Shown here: one piece after another, positions 49,900 to 60,084 of the stretch | Layout: each line of letters opens with the position of its first letter | Numbering within the stretch: the stretch's first letter is position 1 | IMG/VR virus record: IMGVR_UViG_3300030049_000016 | Reading direction: 5' to 3' (one strand) | Length of the DNA: 64,000 nucleotides | Source of the DNA: an uncultured virus (IMG/VR IMGVR_UViG_3300030049_000016) | Lineage: Duplodnaviria > Heunggongvirae > Uroviricota > Caudoviricetes | Notes under the pieces: model-generated | What the model was told of the DNA's origin: nothing | Seen by the model: only the letters and a program-made list of their open reading frames with translations | The model's database searches: none | Translations under genes and position numbers: made by a program

Positions 49900-52806
49900 A
49901 TGACGGTTCTTTATAAAGAAGATTGGGTAAGGAAAAACGCATTTGTTCATTCTAATACACAAAATAAGTCATTTATTAGAGCAAGTTTATTATTAGAAAG
50001 TATGGGAATTAAGAATTGTCTATTTCCATTAACTATCTATGATAAAGACTTAATGAATATAGATCCTCATAAATTAAATGATAATTCAGTAGAATTAAGA
50101 ATGAGAATAGCTATTGAGTGTAAACGAAATGTTTGGTATTATGTAAGAGAAGTTGTTAGAGTTGGTGCACAAGGTTCAGATCCTATTCCATTTAATGCAG
50201 ATCGTGGTAATATAGCCATGATTTGGGTATTTGAAAATAATTTCCATTACATGAGTATCCAGCCCAGACAGACTGGAAAAGAACAACCATTAACAGCTAA
50301 TGTTAAGACTCCAAATGGTTGGATAAAAATGGGTGATATTAAAGTTAGCGACGATGTCATTGCCCACGATGGAACAACTGTAAAAGTAAAAGGTGTTTAT
50401 CCGCAAGGAATTAAACCTGTTTACAAAATAACTTTTGAAGATGGAAGATCTACAGAATGCGGTGAAGAACATCTTTGGAAGATCTATAATAAATATGAAT
50501 TATCACAGAATCCTACAACAGAGGTCGTTTCATTAGATAGAATAAAAGATCTTATTAATGATTATCCTAATATAAAATCTTTATTAAGTATACCCCTTAT
50601 TACATCAGAAATAAAAGACGATGTTAATCTTCCAGTAGATCCATATATGTTTGGTAATTTATGTAGAGGTGAAAATATTCCAGAAGATTATTTAAATGCA
50701 TCAACTTCTCAGAGGTTATCACTTCTTAGAGGTATTATGACGAATTTATTTATATCAAATAAAATAGGAGATATTTCATATTCTGTAGAAAGTTTAAAAG
50801 CTGTAAATAATATAAAATATTTAGTCCGTAGTTTAGGCGGAATATGTAGAAGTGTTGAAAGAGATGATTCTTATGATCTTTATATCAAGTTGAATAACCA
50901 ACAGAATAAATTAAGTTTAGGTATTTCTAATATAGAATTTGTAGGATATAAAGAAACACAATGTATTGAAATTGATCATCCTGATCACTTATATGTAACT
51001 GATGATTTTGTCGTTACTCATAATACAACATGCGCTGTTGTGTTAACTTCATATGTTATTTATATTAGAGGTAAGAATTTTAACTTTGGATTATATACTA
51101 AAGACAGTGATCTTGTTCATGCAAATGTGCAGCGTTTAAAAATGGTTAAAGATAATCTTCCTAAATATCTTATTCATAAGTCTACTAGGGATGCTGATAA
51201 TAAAGAAGGATTGTCTTATAATGTATTAAATAATAACTATATTACGTTTATTGGATCTAAAGATAAACAGGCCGCCGATAACCTTGGTCGCGGTATGACC
51301 GGACCGGCATATCATTTCGATGAGCCAGCTTATACCAATAATATCAATATTACATATCCGGTTATGATGTCTTCTACAAATGCTGCTGTCGAATCTGCTC
51401 GTAAAAATGGTATGCCGCATTCAAATATATTGACAACAACAGCCGGTCGTACTGATACTGATCGTGGTAAATATGCATTTGAATTATTAACAGGATCATT
51501 ATCATTCAGTGAAAGATTCTACGACTTAAAGAATAGAAAAGAATTGGAAACTATTGTTAAAAATAATTCTGGTAATAATATCATCTCTGGTGTATTCTCG
51601 CATCTTATGCTTGGATTTAGTAATGAATGGTTAAATGAAAAGATCCGTAACTCTAATTCAACACAAGACGAAATTAATAAAGATTATTATAACATCTGGA
51701 GTACTGGTTCAGAACTCAGTATCTTGAAACAAGAAATATTGAAAAAGATCAATGAAAGTATTAGAGAACCAGATCATGTCGAATTTATTCATGGTTATGT
51801 CATTAGTTGGTATATAAGTGAAGAAGAAAGAACGTCAGATCACTTTAAGAATAAACAATTTGTTTTGGGTATGGATAGTTCAGAAAATATTGGTAGAGAT
51901 TTTACAGCATTGGTCATGGTCGATATATCAACACTAGAAGTTGTAGCAACATTTAAATGTAATGAATCCAGTACAACTAAAATTGCTATTTTTATTAGCG
52001 ACTTCTTAGTCAAATATAAAAACGTCTTATTTATTCCTGAAAGAAAAAGTACTGGTGGTTCTATTACTGATCAGGTTCTTGAAATCTTTGAGAAATATAG
52101 GATCAATCCATTTAAACGTATTTATAATAAAGTGGTACAGGAGAGACAGGCTAATGAATATAAAGATGTTAAAATAGACGATATTGATCTTTTATTAAAA
52201 TATCCTGCTATTAGAAGGTTCTTAGGATTCACAACTCAAGAAAAGACTCGTGAATTCTTATATAAGAATGTTCTTAATAAAGCAGCAGAACTCAATGCAG
52301 ATAAAATCATTGATAAAACATTAGCAAGTGAACTAAGTTGTTTGGCTATTGTTAATGGTAGAATAGATCACCAGAATGGTAAACACGACGATATGGTTAT
52401 TGCATATTTATTGTGCTGTTTTGTTATATTCTTTGGTAAGAATTTAGATTATTATGGAATTGACATTTCTGCACTGACTGATAATTACGATGTTAATGGT
52501 AATAAGATCGATAAAAGATATAGAGATAAACAGATTGCTTTCAGAAAAGAGATTTTAAAATTAGAAGATTTAATGGCAAATACAGCAAGTCTCGTACTAA
52601 AAGAATATTATAGAAAACAGATAGAAAATCTCAGAACTATTATTGATGAGGATCTTGTATTAGAACCTATTAGTGTTGCTGTTGTTAATAGTGTCGTTGA
52701 ATCTTATGGTAAGCTTTATTCAGCAAATGAAATCAAGTCTAATGATAATTCTCCCGTTATGTCAGAAACACAAATGTTAAATCTTGTAAAATTACTTCCA
52801 TTATAA
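49900..52806 (+). CDS. Terminase large subunit (gp25-like) with intein
   Basis: Walker A PRQTGK/T split by the intein, Walker B FDE, TTTAG, nuclease GMDSS and HDDMV. Confidence 0.92.
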   Translation: MTVLYKEDWVRKNAFVHSNTQNKSFIRASLLLESMGIKNCLFPLTIYDKDLMNIDPHKLNDNSVELRMRIAIECKRNVWYYVREVVRVGAQGSDPIPFNADRGNIAMIWVFENNFHYMSIQPRQTGKEQPLTANVKTPNGWIKMGDIKVSDDVIAHDGTTVKVKGVYPQGIKPVYKITFEDGRSTECGEEHLWKIYNKYELSQNPTTEVVSLDRIKDLINDYPNIKSLLSIPLITSEIKDDVNLPVDPYMFGNLCRGENIPEDYLNASTSQRLSLLRGIMTNLFISNKIGDISYSVESLKAVNNIKYLVRSLGGICRSVERDDSYDLYIKLNNQQNKLSLGISNIEFVGYKETQCIEIDHPDHLYVTDDFVVTHNTTCAVVLTSYVIYIRGKNFNFGLYTKDSDLVHANVQRLKMVKDNLPKYLIHKSTRDADNKEGLSYNVLNNNYITFIGSKDKQAADNLGRGMTGPAYHFDEPAYTNNINITYPVMMSSTNAAVESARKNGMPHSNILTTTAGRTDTDRGKYAFELLTGSLSFSERFYDLKNRKELETIVKNNSGNNIISGVFSHLMLGFSNEWLNEKIRNSNSTQDEINKDYYNIWSTGSELSILKQEILKKINESIREPDHVEFIHGYVISWYISEEERTSDHFKNKQFVLGMDSSENIGRDFTALVMVDISTLEVVATFKCNESSTTKIAIFISDFLVKYKNVLFIPERKSTGGSITDQVLEIFEKYRINPFKRIYNKVVQERQANEYKDVKIDDIDLLLKYPAIRRFLGFTTQEKTREFLYKNVLNKAAELNADKIIDKTLASELSCLAIVNGRIDHQNGKHDDMVIAYLLCCFVIFFGKNLDYYGIDISALTDNYDVNGNKIDKRYRDKQIAFRKEILKLEDLMANTASLVLKEYYRKQIENLRTIIDEDLVLEPISVAVVNSVVESYGKLYSANEIKSNDNSPVMSETQMLNLVKLLPL
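50281..51024 (+). mobile_element. Class 3 intein (248 aa) with degenerate LAGLIDADG remnant
   Basis: EQPLTANVKTPNGW ... HLW ... TQCIEI ... VVTHN/T. Confidence 0.88.
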
Positions 52807-52817
52807 ATTCATCTTAA

Positions 52818-52843
52818 AGATAGGGGAGATATCTCCCCTATCT
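52818..52843. terminator. Palindromic hairpin
   Basis: agataggggagatatctcccctatct. Confidence 0.7.
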
Positions 52844-52886
52844 AAGCCATCATATAGCTTTTCATATTGGCGACTGGGGGTCGTAT

Positions 52887-53096
52887 ATGGCCATAATGAC
52901 TGCATGTTATTTTGCATATCTGTTATTAGGCTTCAGACTTTCTTTTATCCGTTTCATGGGAATCGATTATACAAATATTGATATTGATAAAATAGGTGTC
53001 ATTCGTATCGGAGTGACATTTACAATCCTTGCACTACTATTCCCACTGTATGCTATTTTAAATAAATCTGATCTTGAAAAGATCCTATCTGCATAG
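52887..53096 (+). CDS. Small two-TM membrane protein
   Basis: GGGGG SD and two hydrophobic segments. Confidence 0.55.
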   Translation: MAIMTACYFAYLLLGFRLSFIRFMGIDYTNIDIDKIGVIRIGVTFTILALLFPLYAILNKSDLEKILSA

Positions 53097-53111
53097 GAGG
53101 AATATGGTACT

Positions 53112-54353
53112 ATGGATCATATTTATCAAGAATTCAATAAATTAAACGTCGTTATAGATTCTAAGAAAATAGATGCAGTGAACGATATGTTAGTTTGTTT
53201 CGAAGTAAGAGGACAACATCCTCTCGTTTTTAATTCTCAGTATTTAGGTATTCATAAATGCGCATTTCTAGAAAATGACAGTAATGCACTATTTGAAATA
53301 TTTGGTGTTACGGCAGATCAGATTATAAATCATTTACAATCTATTCCAGCTATTAGAGAAATATCTGGTAAAGTAACATCAGATCCATTCAATATGTTTT
53401 GTATCTGGTTACTTCATCTATCTTTTATTTTTATTCCAGATCAAAAAGCTAGACATGCTTTTATGCTTAACATTTCAAAATATCTCCATTATAGATTCTT
53501 TACATCTATTGTTAATTATAATTTTGGTCTAGGTGTTGATGAGAAAACAATGGTTGCTACTGTCAATAACTTGTCTAAGAAATACGATATTGTTGTTTAT
53601 GGTACATGGAAGAAAGTGATCGAAGAAAGATGTAAGGATCTTATTTCTGATCAGAGTATTCATATTCATTATTTGAAAGATGGAAAACCTGATAATAAAA
53701 TTATTTATGTTTTGACTGATATCAATACAAGAATTAGAGCTAGACTTTACAATGTTATTGGTGAGTTTTATATGAATAGAGATAGAGGAACTGCTATTTC
53801 AAATAGATCCTCTACTACAGAATATGAAGGTGAAAAAGTATTAGTCCATACATCTTCTATTCAAGATGCTATGATCAGTAATTTAACTATGGAAGTTATT
53901 AACGAAAGAACCTTTGTTCATAAAGAAACAGTAAAATATATCATTAGATCTTTTCCAAGTGTATCCGAAAGCATGTTAACAGACGCTTTAGTTAAAATAG
54001 CCATGATAGCAGATGCTCAGAGTCATTCTAAAGAACAGAATTTAATAAAAATACAAGACGGGAAACCTTTGTATATTGGTATCAAAGTTCTTATTACAAA
54101 TCTAATCAAGAATTCATATGCATATTGTAAAAGAAATAAAATAGATATTTCTAACAGAAAAGAAATATTTGTTAAATGTCTTAATATCTATTCGGCATCT
54201 AGAATCTCAGATGACGATATTGCAGCAGTTAAAGATAGCATTGTTCATCTTGTGGAAATTATGGGTGAAACTAAAAGAGAGGCTACTAAATCTTCTCTCA
54301 GATTGGCTATTATCATGTATATTCTTGTTAGAAGTTTTAGATTTATTAAATAA
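53112..54353 (+). CDS. Conserved phiKZ-like protein
   Basis: 413 aa; SDPFN, LSKKY....YGTW motifs; AGGAGG SD. Confidence 0.65.
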   Translation: MDHIYQEFNKLNVVIDSKKIDAVNDMLVCFEVRGQHPLVFNSQYLGIHKCAFLENDSNALFEIFGVTADQIINHLQSIPAIREISGKVTSDPFNMFCIWLLHLSFIFIPDQKARHAFMLNISKYLHYRFFTSIVNYNFGLGVDEKTMVATVNNLSKKYDIVVYGTWKKVIEERCKDLISDQSIHIHYLKDGKPDNKIIYVLTDINTRIRARLYNVIGEFYMNRDRGTAISNRSSTTEYEGEKVLVHTSSIQDAMISNLTMEVINERTFVHKETVKYIIRSFPSVSESMLTDALVKIAMIADAQSHSKEQNLIKIQDGKPLYIGIKVLITNLIKNSYAYCKRNKIDISNRKEIFVKCLNIYSASRISDDDIAAVKDSIVHLVEIMGETKREATKSSLRLAIIMYILVRSFRFIK

Positions 54354-54355
54354 TA

Positions 54356-54389
54356 TACAAGAGGATGGCCCGATGGCCATCCTCTTGTA
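54356..54389. terminator. Bidirectional hairpin between convergent genes
   Basis: tacaagaggatggcc-cgat-ggccatcctcttgta. Confidence 0.8.
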
Positions 54390-54398
54390 AGTGTCTAT

Positions 54399-55205
54399 TT
54401 AGATACTCATAAGCATAATACGTTCGATCGTATCGGGGTCTAAGAAAGCTCCGCCTCTAAATTCATCTATTAAATCTTTATATCTATCAAATTCTTGTTT
54501 ATAATCTTCAATGATATCTTTAAACTTTCCTAATTCTTGACCGCCGCTTAATTCAGCTTCATTTATTTTTAAAATAAGTTTTGTATAAATATAACATTTC
54601 GTCATGCATAAACCAAGATCTGCTAAAGGAGCAACTGCATCATGGTGTAAATTTGTAAATTCTTTATCATATTCTAATCTACACGTCATAACCCAATCAA
54701 CACTAAAGTTAGTCATAGGTGTCAGTTTAATAACATTACCTGTTTGTAAGACAGGAGTTGGTGTAATAACTTCATTGGCAAGTGTTCTGCTGTCAATGGC
54801 GGCTTGTGCAAGATTATAAAGATTATTTCCTCTATCATTAAAATCGGTAGGATCTGACATTCTACTATAAGCAAAAGGATATGATAGGTCAGTAACAGCC
54901 GTAATATTCCTATGTTCTCTAACAGCAGGAGGGATTCTATAAACAGCGGACATATTAGAAGTTATAACACCAGAAATTCCAGGAACGGGACTTGTTGGTT
55001 CCATAATACATTGACTTAGATAAATACGTTTTGTAGCACCAGCATAAATATTACAATCAGGAAGAACATATGCTTCAATAACAGTATCCATAATTCTTTG
55101 ATCTAGTGTAACTTTCCATTTATTTGGCTCAAAAGCCACATCAAGAATTCCTTCAGGAATATGTAAATATATTTTTCTAAGTATTTGTTCAAAACCATTT
55201 ATCAT
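54399..55205 (-). CDS. Conserved phiKZ-like virion protein (possible neck/head completion)
   Basis: IP..IL..AF N-terminus; K.YIY..L......L.GGQELG.FK.II..Y. Confidence 0.55.
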   Translation of the reverse strand: MINGFEQILRKIYLHIPEGILDVAFEPNKWKVTLDQRIMDTVIEAYVLPDCNIYAGATKRIYLSQCIMEPTSPVPGISGVITSNMSAVYRIPPAVREHRNITAVTDLSYPFAYSRMSDPTDFNDRGNNLYNLAQAAIDSRTLANEVITPTPVLQTGNVIKLTPMTNFSVDWVMTCRLEYDKEFTNLHHDAVAPLADLGLCMTKCYIYTKLILKINEAELSGGQELGKFKDIIEDYKQEFDRYKDLIDEFRGGAFLDPDTIERIMLMSI

Positions 55206-55299
55206 AAACAGTACTCCTTTTAGATGAAAAAATTAATTCATAAAATGTTAAGATATATATTATTAAAATAGCTTATGGATAATTCCTCGGAGAATTTGT

Positions 55300-55716
55300 A
55301 TGTATAATCATAAACTCGATGTCTATGACATAAGTAAAGATTATAGCGTCTTAAAAGTTAATATAAAATTTGATGTTTATAAATTTGTAATTAAATCTGT
55401 AAAGATGAATGCTATGGTTATAGAAAATATTATTGATGAGATTGCTTTTTCTGATAGAGAACCTATTAAAATTAAAACCATTTATGGTACTTATAATCTT
55501 AATATCGATACTATTTATAAATGTGAAATTTCAGATATTAATGGGGATGTTAAAACAAAGGTAAGAGAAGACGAACCATGCTTATTAAATATTTATATTA
55601 TTGGTGATCCTGTCAAACCCGATATTAATAAGAAAGAACATGTTAGTTGTGGTAAAACTATAAAAGAAATTATTGATGCGGTAAATCATAAATTAACTGA
55701 TAGGCGTGAAGGATAA
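55300..55716 (+). CDS. Hypothetical protein
   Basis: GGAG SD; promoter variant at 55251. Confidence 0.65.
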   Translation: MYNHKLDVYDISKDYSVLKVNIKFDVYKFVIKSVKMNAMVIENIIDEIAFSDREPIKIKTIYGTYNLNIDTIYKCEISDINGDVKTKVREDEPCLLNIYIIGDPVKPDINKKEHVSCGKTIKEIIDAVNHKLTDRREG

Positions 55717-55722
55717 TCAATC

Positions 55723-56082
55723 GTGGATTTCTCTGAATATAGTACTTTAAAAAAAACCATGTTACGACACGAACGGGTACATTATTATCTTAAAAAGAGA
55801 ATGGATAGAAAATTAAGTAAGCTTAAAGAACTAACCGGTCCTACAAATTTAAATGAACTTATTAATTATTTCAGAACTAGATTAAGTTTAGCAAGTACTG
55901 TGTTGATTGCAGGTTATACAGTCAATATTAGTCAACAAACAGTTATATTTAGTATCGTTAGCGATGATAAAAAACTAGAAAAAATGTTGTATGATGAGAT
56001 TGTTAATATAACTGGCTTTAATTATAATTTTGAAATTGTTGATTTTGGTTTATATAAGCTCTCAATTAGAACAAGGGTGTAG
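55723..56082 (+). CDS. Hypothetical protein
   Basis: 119 aa ORF within the operon. Confidence 0.6.
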   Translation: MDFSEYSTLKKTMLRHERVHYYLKKRMDRKLSKLKELTGPTNLNELINYFRTRLSLASTVLIAGYTVNISQQTVIFSIVSDDKKLEKMLYDEIVNITGFNYNFEIVDFGLYKLSIRTRV

Positions 56083-56084
56083 AA

Positions 56085-56408
56085 ATGTATCTAAATTGTA
56101 AAGTAAGAGATGATAAAATTATTATTTCTAAAAATGATATTGAACAATATCATACTAATATCATCAGAGCTAAAGATATCGGTCCTTGTTACATAATTGT
56201 GAATGATGATGAACAATATAGTAGCATCATCAATAATATTAGAATATTTATCTGCGATGGTGAATTTATTCATATGAAAGATAATGACGTTGAAGACATC
56301 ACTGTTGATAATTTTAAAGATGGTACAAATATAGTAATTAATTGGAAAAATAATAAGAATGCATTAAAACAATATAATAGTTTTATTATGAAATTAGCTG
56401 CATTATAA
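56085..56408 (+). CDS. Hypothetical protein
   Basis: 107 aa ORF within the operon. Confidence 0.6.
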   Translation: MYLNCKVRDDKIIISKNDIEQYHTNIIRAKDIGPCYIIVNDDEQYSSIINNIRIFICDGEFIHMKDNDVEDITVDNFKDGTNIVINWKNNKNALKQYNSFIMKLAAL

Positions 56409-56451
56409 AAAGTCGTAGTATATTTATTTAAATATTTAGAGGAGAACGACG

Positions 56452-56625
56452 ATGTATGGATCTATCTTTGAGCAAGCGACTAATTCCTGTAGACTTGCTT
56501 TATCTGCGGCTAAAACAGAATACCTCTCATTGAAGGATAAAAATATTCCTACTAAAAATAAAATTATTGTTAATAAATATATCTCTGTTTATAAAGAAAA
56601 TATGAATATTAAAACTATTGGTTAA
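56452..56625 (+). CDS. Small hypothetical protein (57 aa, not in ORF track)
   Basis: GAGGAG SD; MYGSIFEQAT...IKTIG; followed by hairpin 56652-56682. Confidence 0.55.
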   Translation: MYGSIFEQATNSCRLALSAAKTEYLSLKDKNIPTKNKIIVNKYISVYKENMNIKTIG

Positions 56626-56774
56626 ATAGTGTGATATTGTTAATTAAAATCATAAGGATGTGGCAAAATGCCACATCCTTATATTCCTTAATAATTGTAT
56701 ACTTTTTAATATACGCATTTCAAATTTTTTTGATTATATATTATTAATGCGATGACTTAAATAAGGAGCGGATC

Positions 56775-57368
56775 ATGAAATATGCTACAAAAGAATCGAT
56801 GACATATGGATTATGTCTATTTTATATTTTCAATGCTATAGCAGCACCAGTAATGTTTGTCGACGTGTTTGCTAAGGGAGGAAAGCAATTATTCAGTATA
56901 ACTGAGTTTTGTGGAGCTGTATTAGCATTATCGGCAACAATAATACTAAAGAAGTATAAAAATAAAATAATAAATATATTTCCTATACTCTCTATTTTGG
57001 TTGGTATGGGAAATATAATTGTCATACTCGCGACATTACCAATGATATACAAAATATGGATAGATACAACTATAACCGTATTCTTCCTAGGGTTTACAAC
57101 AAGCGTACAGGAGGTTATTGTTGCTAGAAAATTTAAAAGTGTTATGGAGAAGTATATCGTTGAAAAGACAGTTATGAATAACTGCTCTAAATTGTTAGCA
57201 CTGTCTGGGGGTATATTAGTAACAACATGTATTTCTCTGACATTGTATCAGGTGTTGTGGATAGAGGCCCTGGCTGATATATCTTGGACATCTTTGGCCA
57301 TATGGTCTTGGATACAACTAAGAAGAATTGAGAGTGGGGCTTTACGCCACACTCCTTTTATTTTTTAA
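56775..57368 (+). CDS. Multi-pass membrane protein (about 5-6 TM)
   Basis: AAGGAG SD; repeated hydrophobic segments. Confidence 0.7.
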   Translation: MKYATKESMTYGLCLFYIFNAIAAPVMFVDVFAKGGKQLFSITEFCGAVLALSATIILKKYKNKIINIFPILSILVGMGNIIVILATLPMIYKIWIDTTITVFFLGFTTSVQEVIVARKFKSVMEKYIVEKTVMNNCSKLLALSGGILVTTCISLTLYQVLWIEALADISWTSLAIWSWIQLRRIESGALRHTPFIF

Positions 57369-57428
57369 CAATATCTTAAACATATATTACTTATATAGGT
57401 ACATCTCGAATTAGTGGAGAAAATAAAA

Positions 57429-58094
57429 ATGTCTATGTTAAAGAGTTTTCTAGAAAGCATTAAAATCATAGAAACAGACGATGACTATTATAAATATATT
57501 ATTCGTATTGATGAACTTAGAATTTGTAGTAATAGAACTGCATTAGAATCACATCAGTTAAAGATATTAGAATTGATGGTTAACCAATATAGGGCGAATA
57601 GTTATTATAAATCAGATATTAATCCCAAATCAAGAAGTGTTGTTCAAGATTGGGTTAAAGAAAATATGACTCTTCGTCAACAAGCTACTTTGTTATCAGC
57701 ACTTCGTGGTTGTGATGGTGTATCAAAACACGATCCTGCAAAGAAGTTGACAAGAGCACTTCGTAAAGTTATGCTTAATCCTGCCGATCCTGATTTTATG
57801 AATGACCCCAATAATACATTCATGAAGGGATCTATATCTATCGAAATCATTAATGAATTTTTAGGTGATATTGATCATTATCCCACACATTGGTTAATTC
57901 ATTTTACTCATGCTGCTATGCTTGTGGGATTCTTTCATCCAGACAACGAGGTTGGTATTATCTGGTTATCTCTTTATCATGCTATTGTTACTAATTTACA
58001 TATGCATCCTGAAACTAAAGATGAAGTTAATATAAGACTTCGTGATGGCCGTAGAACTGTTGATGAAGAAATTGGAGCACGCGCTCGCATATGA
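57429..58094 (+). CDS. Early fusion protein: HigA-N-like module plus conserved His-rich phage domain
   Basis: Promoter at 57382; C-terminal SVVQDWV...QQATLLSALRGCDG...HWLIHFTHA...LHMHPET. Confidence 0.65.
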   Translation: MSMLKSFLESIKIIETDDDYYKYIIRIDELRICSNRTALESHQLKILELMVNQYRANSYYKSDINPKSRSVVQDWVKENMTLRQQATLLSALRGCDGVSKHDPAKKLTRALRKVMLNPADPDFMNDPNNTFMKGSISIEIINEFLGDIDHYPTHWLIHFTHAAMLVGFFHPDNEVGIIWLSLYHAIVTNLHMHPETKDEVNIRLRDGRRTVDEEIGARARI

Positions 58095-58102
58095 GTTAAG
58101 TT

Positions 58103-58136
58103 GATATATAAGGAGGATAAATCCTCCTTATATATC
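58103..58136. terminator. Hairpin
   Basis: gatatataaggagga-taaa-tcctccttatatatc. Confidence 0.7.
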
Positions 58137-58220
58137 TAATATTTTTTATAAAATCTGTAACCAAATTAATTTTGAATATATATTACTTATAGGAAGCATG
58201 TCAAATACGGAGTGATTATC

Positions 58221-58478
58221 ATGGCTGTATATGTCGATATTAACGGGCTTAAACTTGCACCTATTTATTGTGGTGATGGTCCTATTGTCCGCACTGTTGA
58301 CAATGTTACCATATATGCCACAGAAGAAGACGATGTCGCTATTTTGGCAGATGGCAACGAATTGAAAAGAATCATTCTTCTCTGTACCAACATCAGAACA
58401 ATTGAGCCAGGTATTGTTCACACAATGCGTTGGGGTGGTGAAGATGCTAGATTTATCTTTAACAATTTAATCATGTAG
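58221..58478 (+). CDS. Early hypothetical protein
   Basis: Promoter ATATATATTAC at 58176; GGAG SD. Confidence 0.65.
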   Translation: MAVYVDINGLKLAPIYCGDGPIVRTVDNVTIYATEEDDVAILADGNELKRIILLCTNIRTIEPGIVHTMRWGGEDARFIFNNLIM

Positions 58479-58488
58479 GAGTGATGAC

Positions 58489-58767
58489 ATGAACATGCGT
58501 GAAGCTTCTAAAGAAGAGAAATTGGAGATTCTCGGTTCTATGGCTGAGTTCTCCTGGTGCTGGGATGAACACTTCCTCGTTAGGATCGAGAATAAATTGT
58601 TTTTGTGGTCTGATCCCGATCACTGCGGAAACAATCGGTTTCTCGAACTCAATATTCCATTTACGCAGGCTGTTGCCAAATATAGCGGTGCTACTGTTCG
58701 AGATAAAGGGTGTCAGATAGTTCGTGACTATTGTGGCGATAACATCACTATTCAACTACGAAATTAG
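58489..58767 (+). CDS. Hypothetical protein
   Basis: AGGAG SD. Confidence 0.65.
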   Translation: MNMREASKEEKLEILGSMAEFSWCWDEHFLVRIENKLFLWSDPDHCGNNRFLELNIPFTQAVAKYSGATVRDKGCQIVRDYCGDNITIQLRN

Positions 58768-58778
58768 GAGTAGTAACC

Positions 58779-59171
58779 GTGTCTCTGTTTGTATTTGCTA
58801 AAAATTTGTTCAGATATATAACGATGATTCTATCAAAATCATCGTTATATATTGTAAATATTAGTAAAAAGAGTAAAACAAAAATAATTACTAATAATAA
58901 TGATTCATCTGTTACAATTAAAGAAATTATAACAACATATGAACATAGTAATGTTCTTAATTATATCGGAATAGACGGTTATATACGTTCACTAGTTTAT
59001 ACTGGAATATGTTCTAATTCTCCTATTGTTAAACGAATTACTTATAATATTAAAAACGATGTAGAAAAAGAATGCGCTAATAAACTACTACAGTATTTGA
59101 AGTGTTATTATAAATGTTCTGAAGAAATAGATCTAATTAATCAGATCGGTATAATTATAATTGATTGGTAA
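58779..59171 (+). CDS. Hypothetical protein
   Basis: AGGAG SD before GTG. Confidence 0.6.
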   Translation: MSLFVFAKNLFRYITMILSKSSLYIVNISKKSKTKIITNNNDSSVTIKEIITTYEHSNVLNYIGIDGYIRSLVYTGICSNSPIVKRITYNIKNDVEKECANKLLQYLKCYYKCSEEIDLINQIGIIIIDW

Positions 59172-59218
59172 TATCACATGCATGAAAACATAAAAAACTA
59201 CGAACGGAGAAGGAAACT

Positions 59219-59470
59219 ATGTCTACAGACTATTACCCGAAACAACCAATACCAATAGATACTTTTGTAAAATTGGCTATAGTAAATGGAGTTAATATTA
59301 ATTATTGTTTGGAATATCAGAAAGATGAAATAACATATTTTCATGCTATAAAAACTGTTAATAATAATCCAGGACTCATTGTTGTCGAGATTGATCATAA
59401 AGCTGGTGTTATCGAAGGATTTGGCAGATATGGATGTAATCATACAGACTGGCTAGAGAAATTTCTATGA
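59219..59470 (+). CDS. Hypothetical protein
   Basis: AAGGA SD. Confidence 0.6.
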   Translation: MSTDYYPKQPIPIDTFVKLAIVNGVNINYCLEYQKDEITYFHAIKTVNNNPGLIVVEIDHKAGVIEGFGRYGCNHTDWLEKFL

Positions 59471-59549
59471 AAACATTACAATATTAAATTAAATGAATTA
59501 ATAGGTTAAATTCAATTCAGTATATACAGAAAGAAAAGGAGAATACTAC

Positions 59550-59966
59550 ATGGCATATGATACAATTGATAATTTGATGCTTAATGGTACTTATGTGCTG
59601 GGAGTTTTTGGTAATAGATATGGTGGTGGTTATATTGCTGCTATGTGTTGGCATATGGATTTGTTGTTAGTAATTGAAGATGATTATACTGGCGGTGATG
59701 ATCGAGGGTGTTCCGTAAGTGAATTCTTCTCTACAAATGATGTATACCCCGCAGCATGGGGAGAAACACCATCGGCGGCATTAGCGGAATTAGAAACTAA
59801 ATTAAAGAATATTGTTAGTTCATCGAATTATGATTATGATAAATGGAATACATTAGTTATAGGTACAGTAACAGAATATCACAATGCTCGCCAATTGGCA
59901 CAATACTTAGAATTTCCAAATACACTACAAGTAGCTATAGATGAATGGAAGAAACAATTACTGTAA
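59550..59966 (+). CDS. Hypothetical protein
   Basis: AAGGAG SD; RYGG.Y and GETP..AL..L motifs. Confidence 0.65.
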   Translation: MAYDTIDNLMLNGTYVLGVFGNRYGGGYIAAMCWHMDLLLVIEDDYTGGDDRGCSVSEFFSTNDVYPAAWGETPSAALAELETKLKNIVSSSNYDYDKWNTLVIGTVTEYHNARQLAQYLEFPNTLQVAIDEWKKQLL

Positions 59967-60084
59967 GTTATTTAAACTATATAATAAAAAATTTTAAATG
60001 GTAATAAAAAAGAGTTAAGTATAGTGGCAGAGAGTAATATCTCTGTACGATAGTTAACTTTTTATTTTATCAGGAGAAATTATC

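Noticed and set aside
50620..50900. Active homing endonuclease within the intein
   Set aside because: Region is too short and both LAGLIDADG motifs lack the catalytic acidic residues
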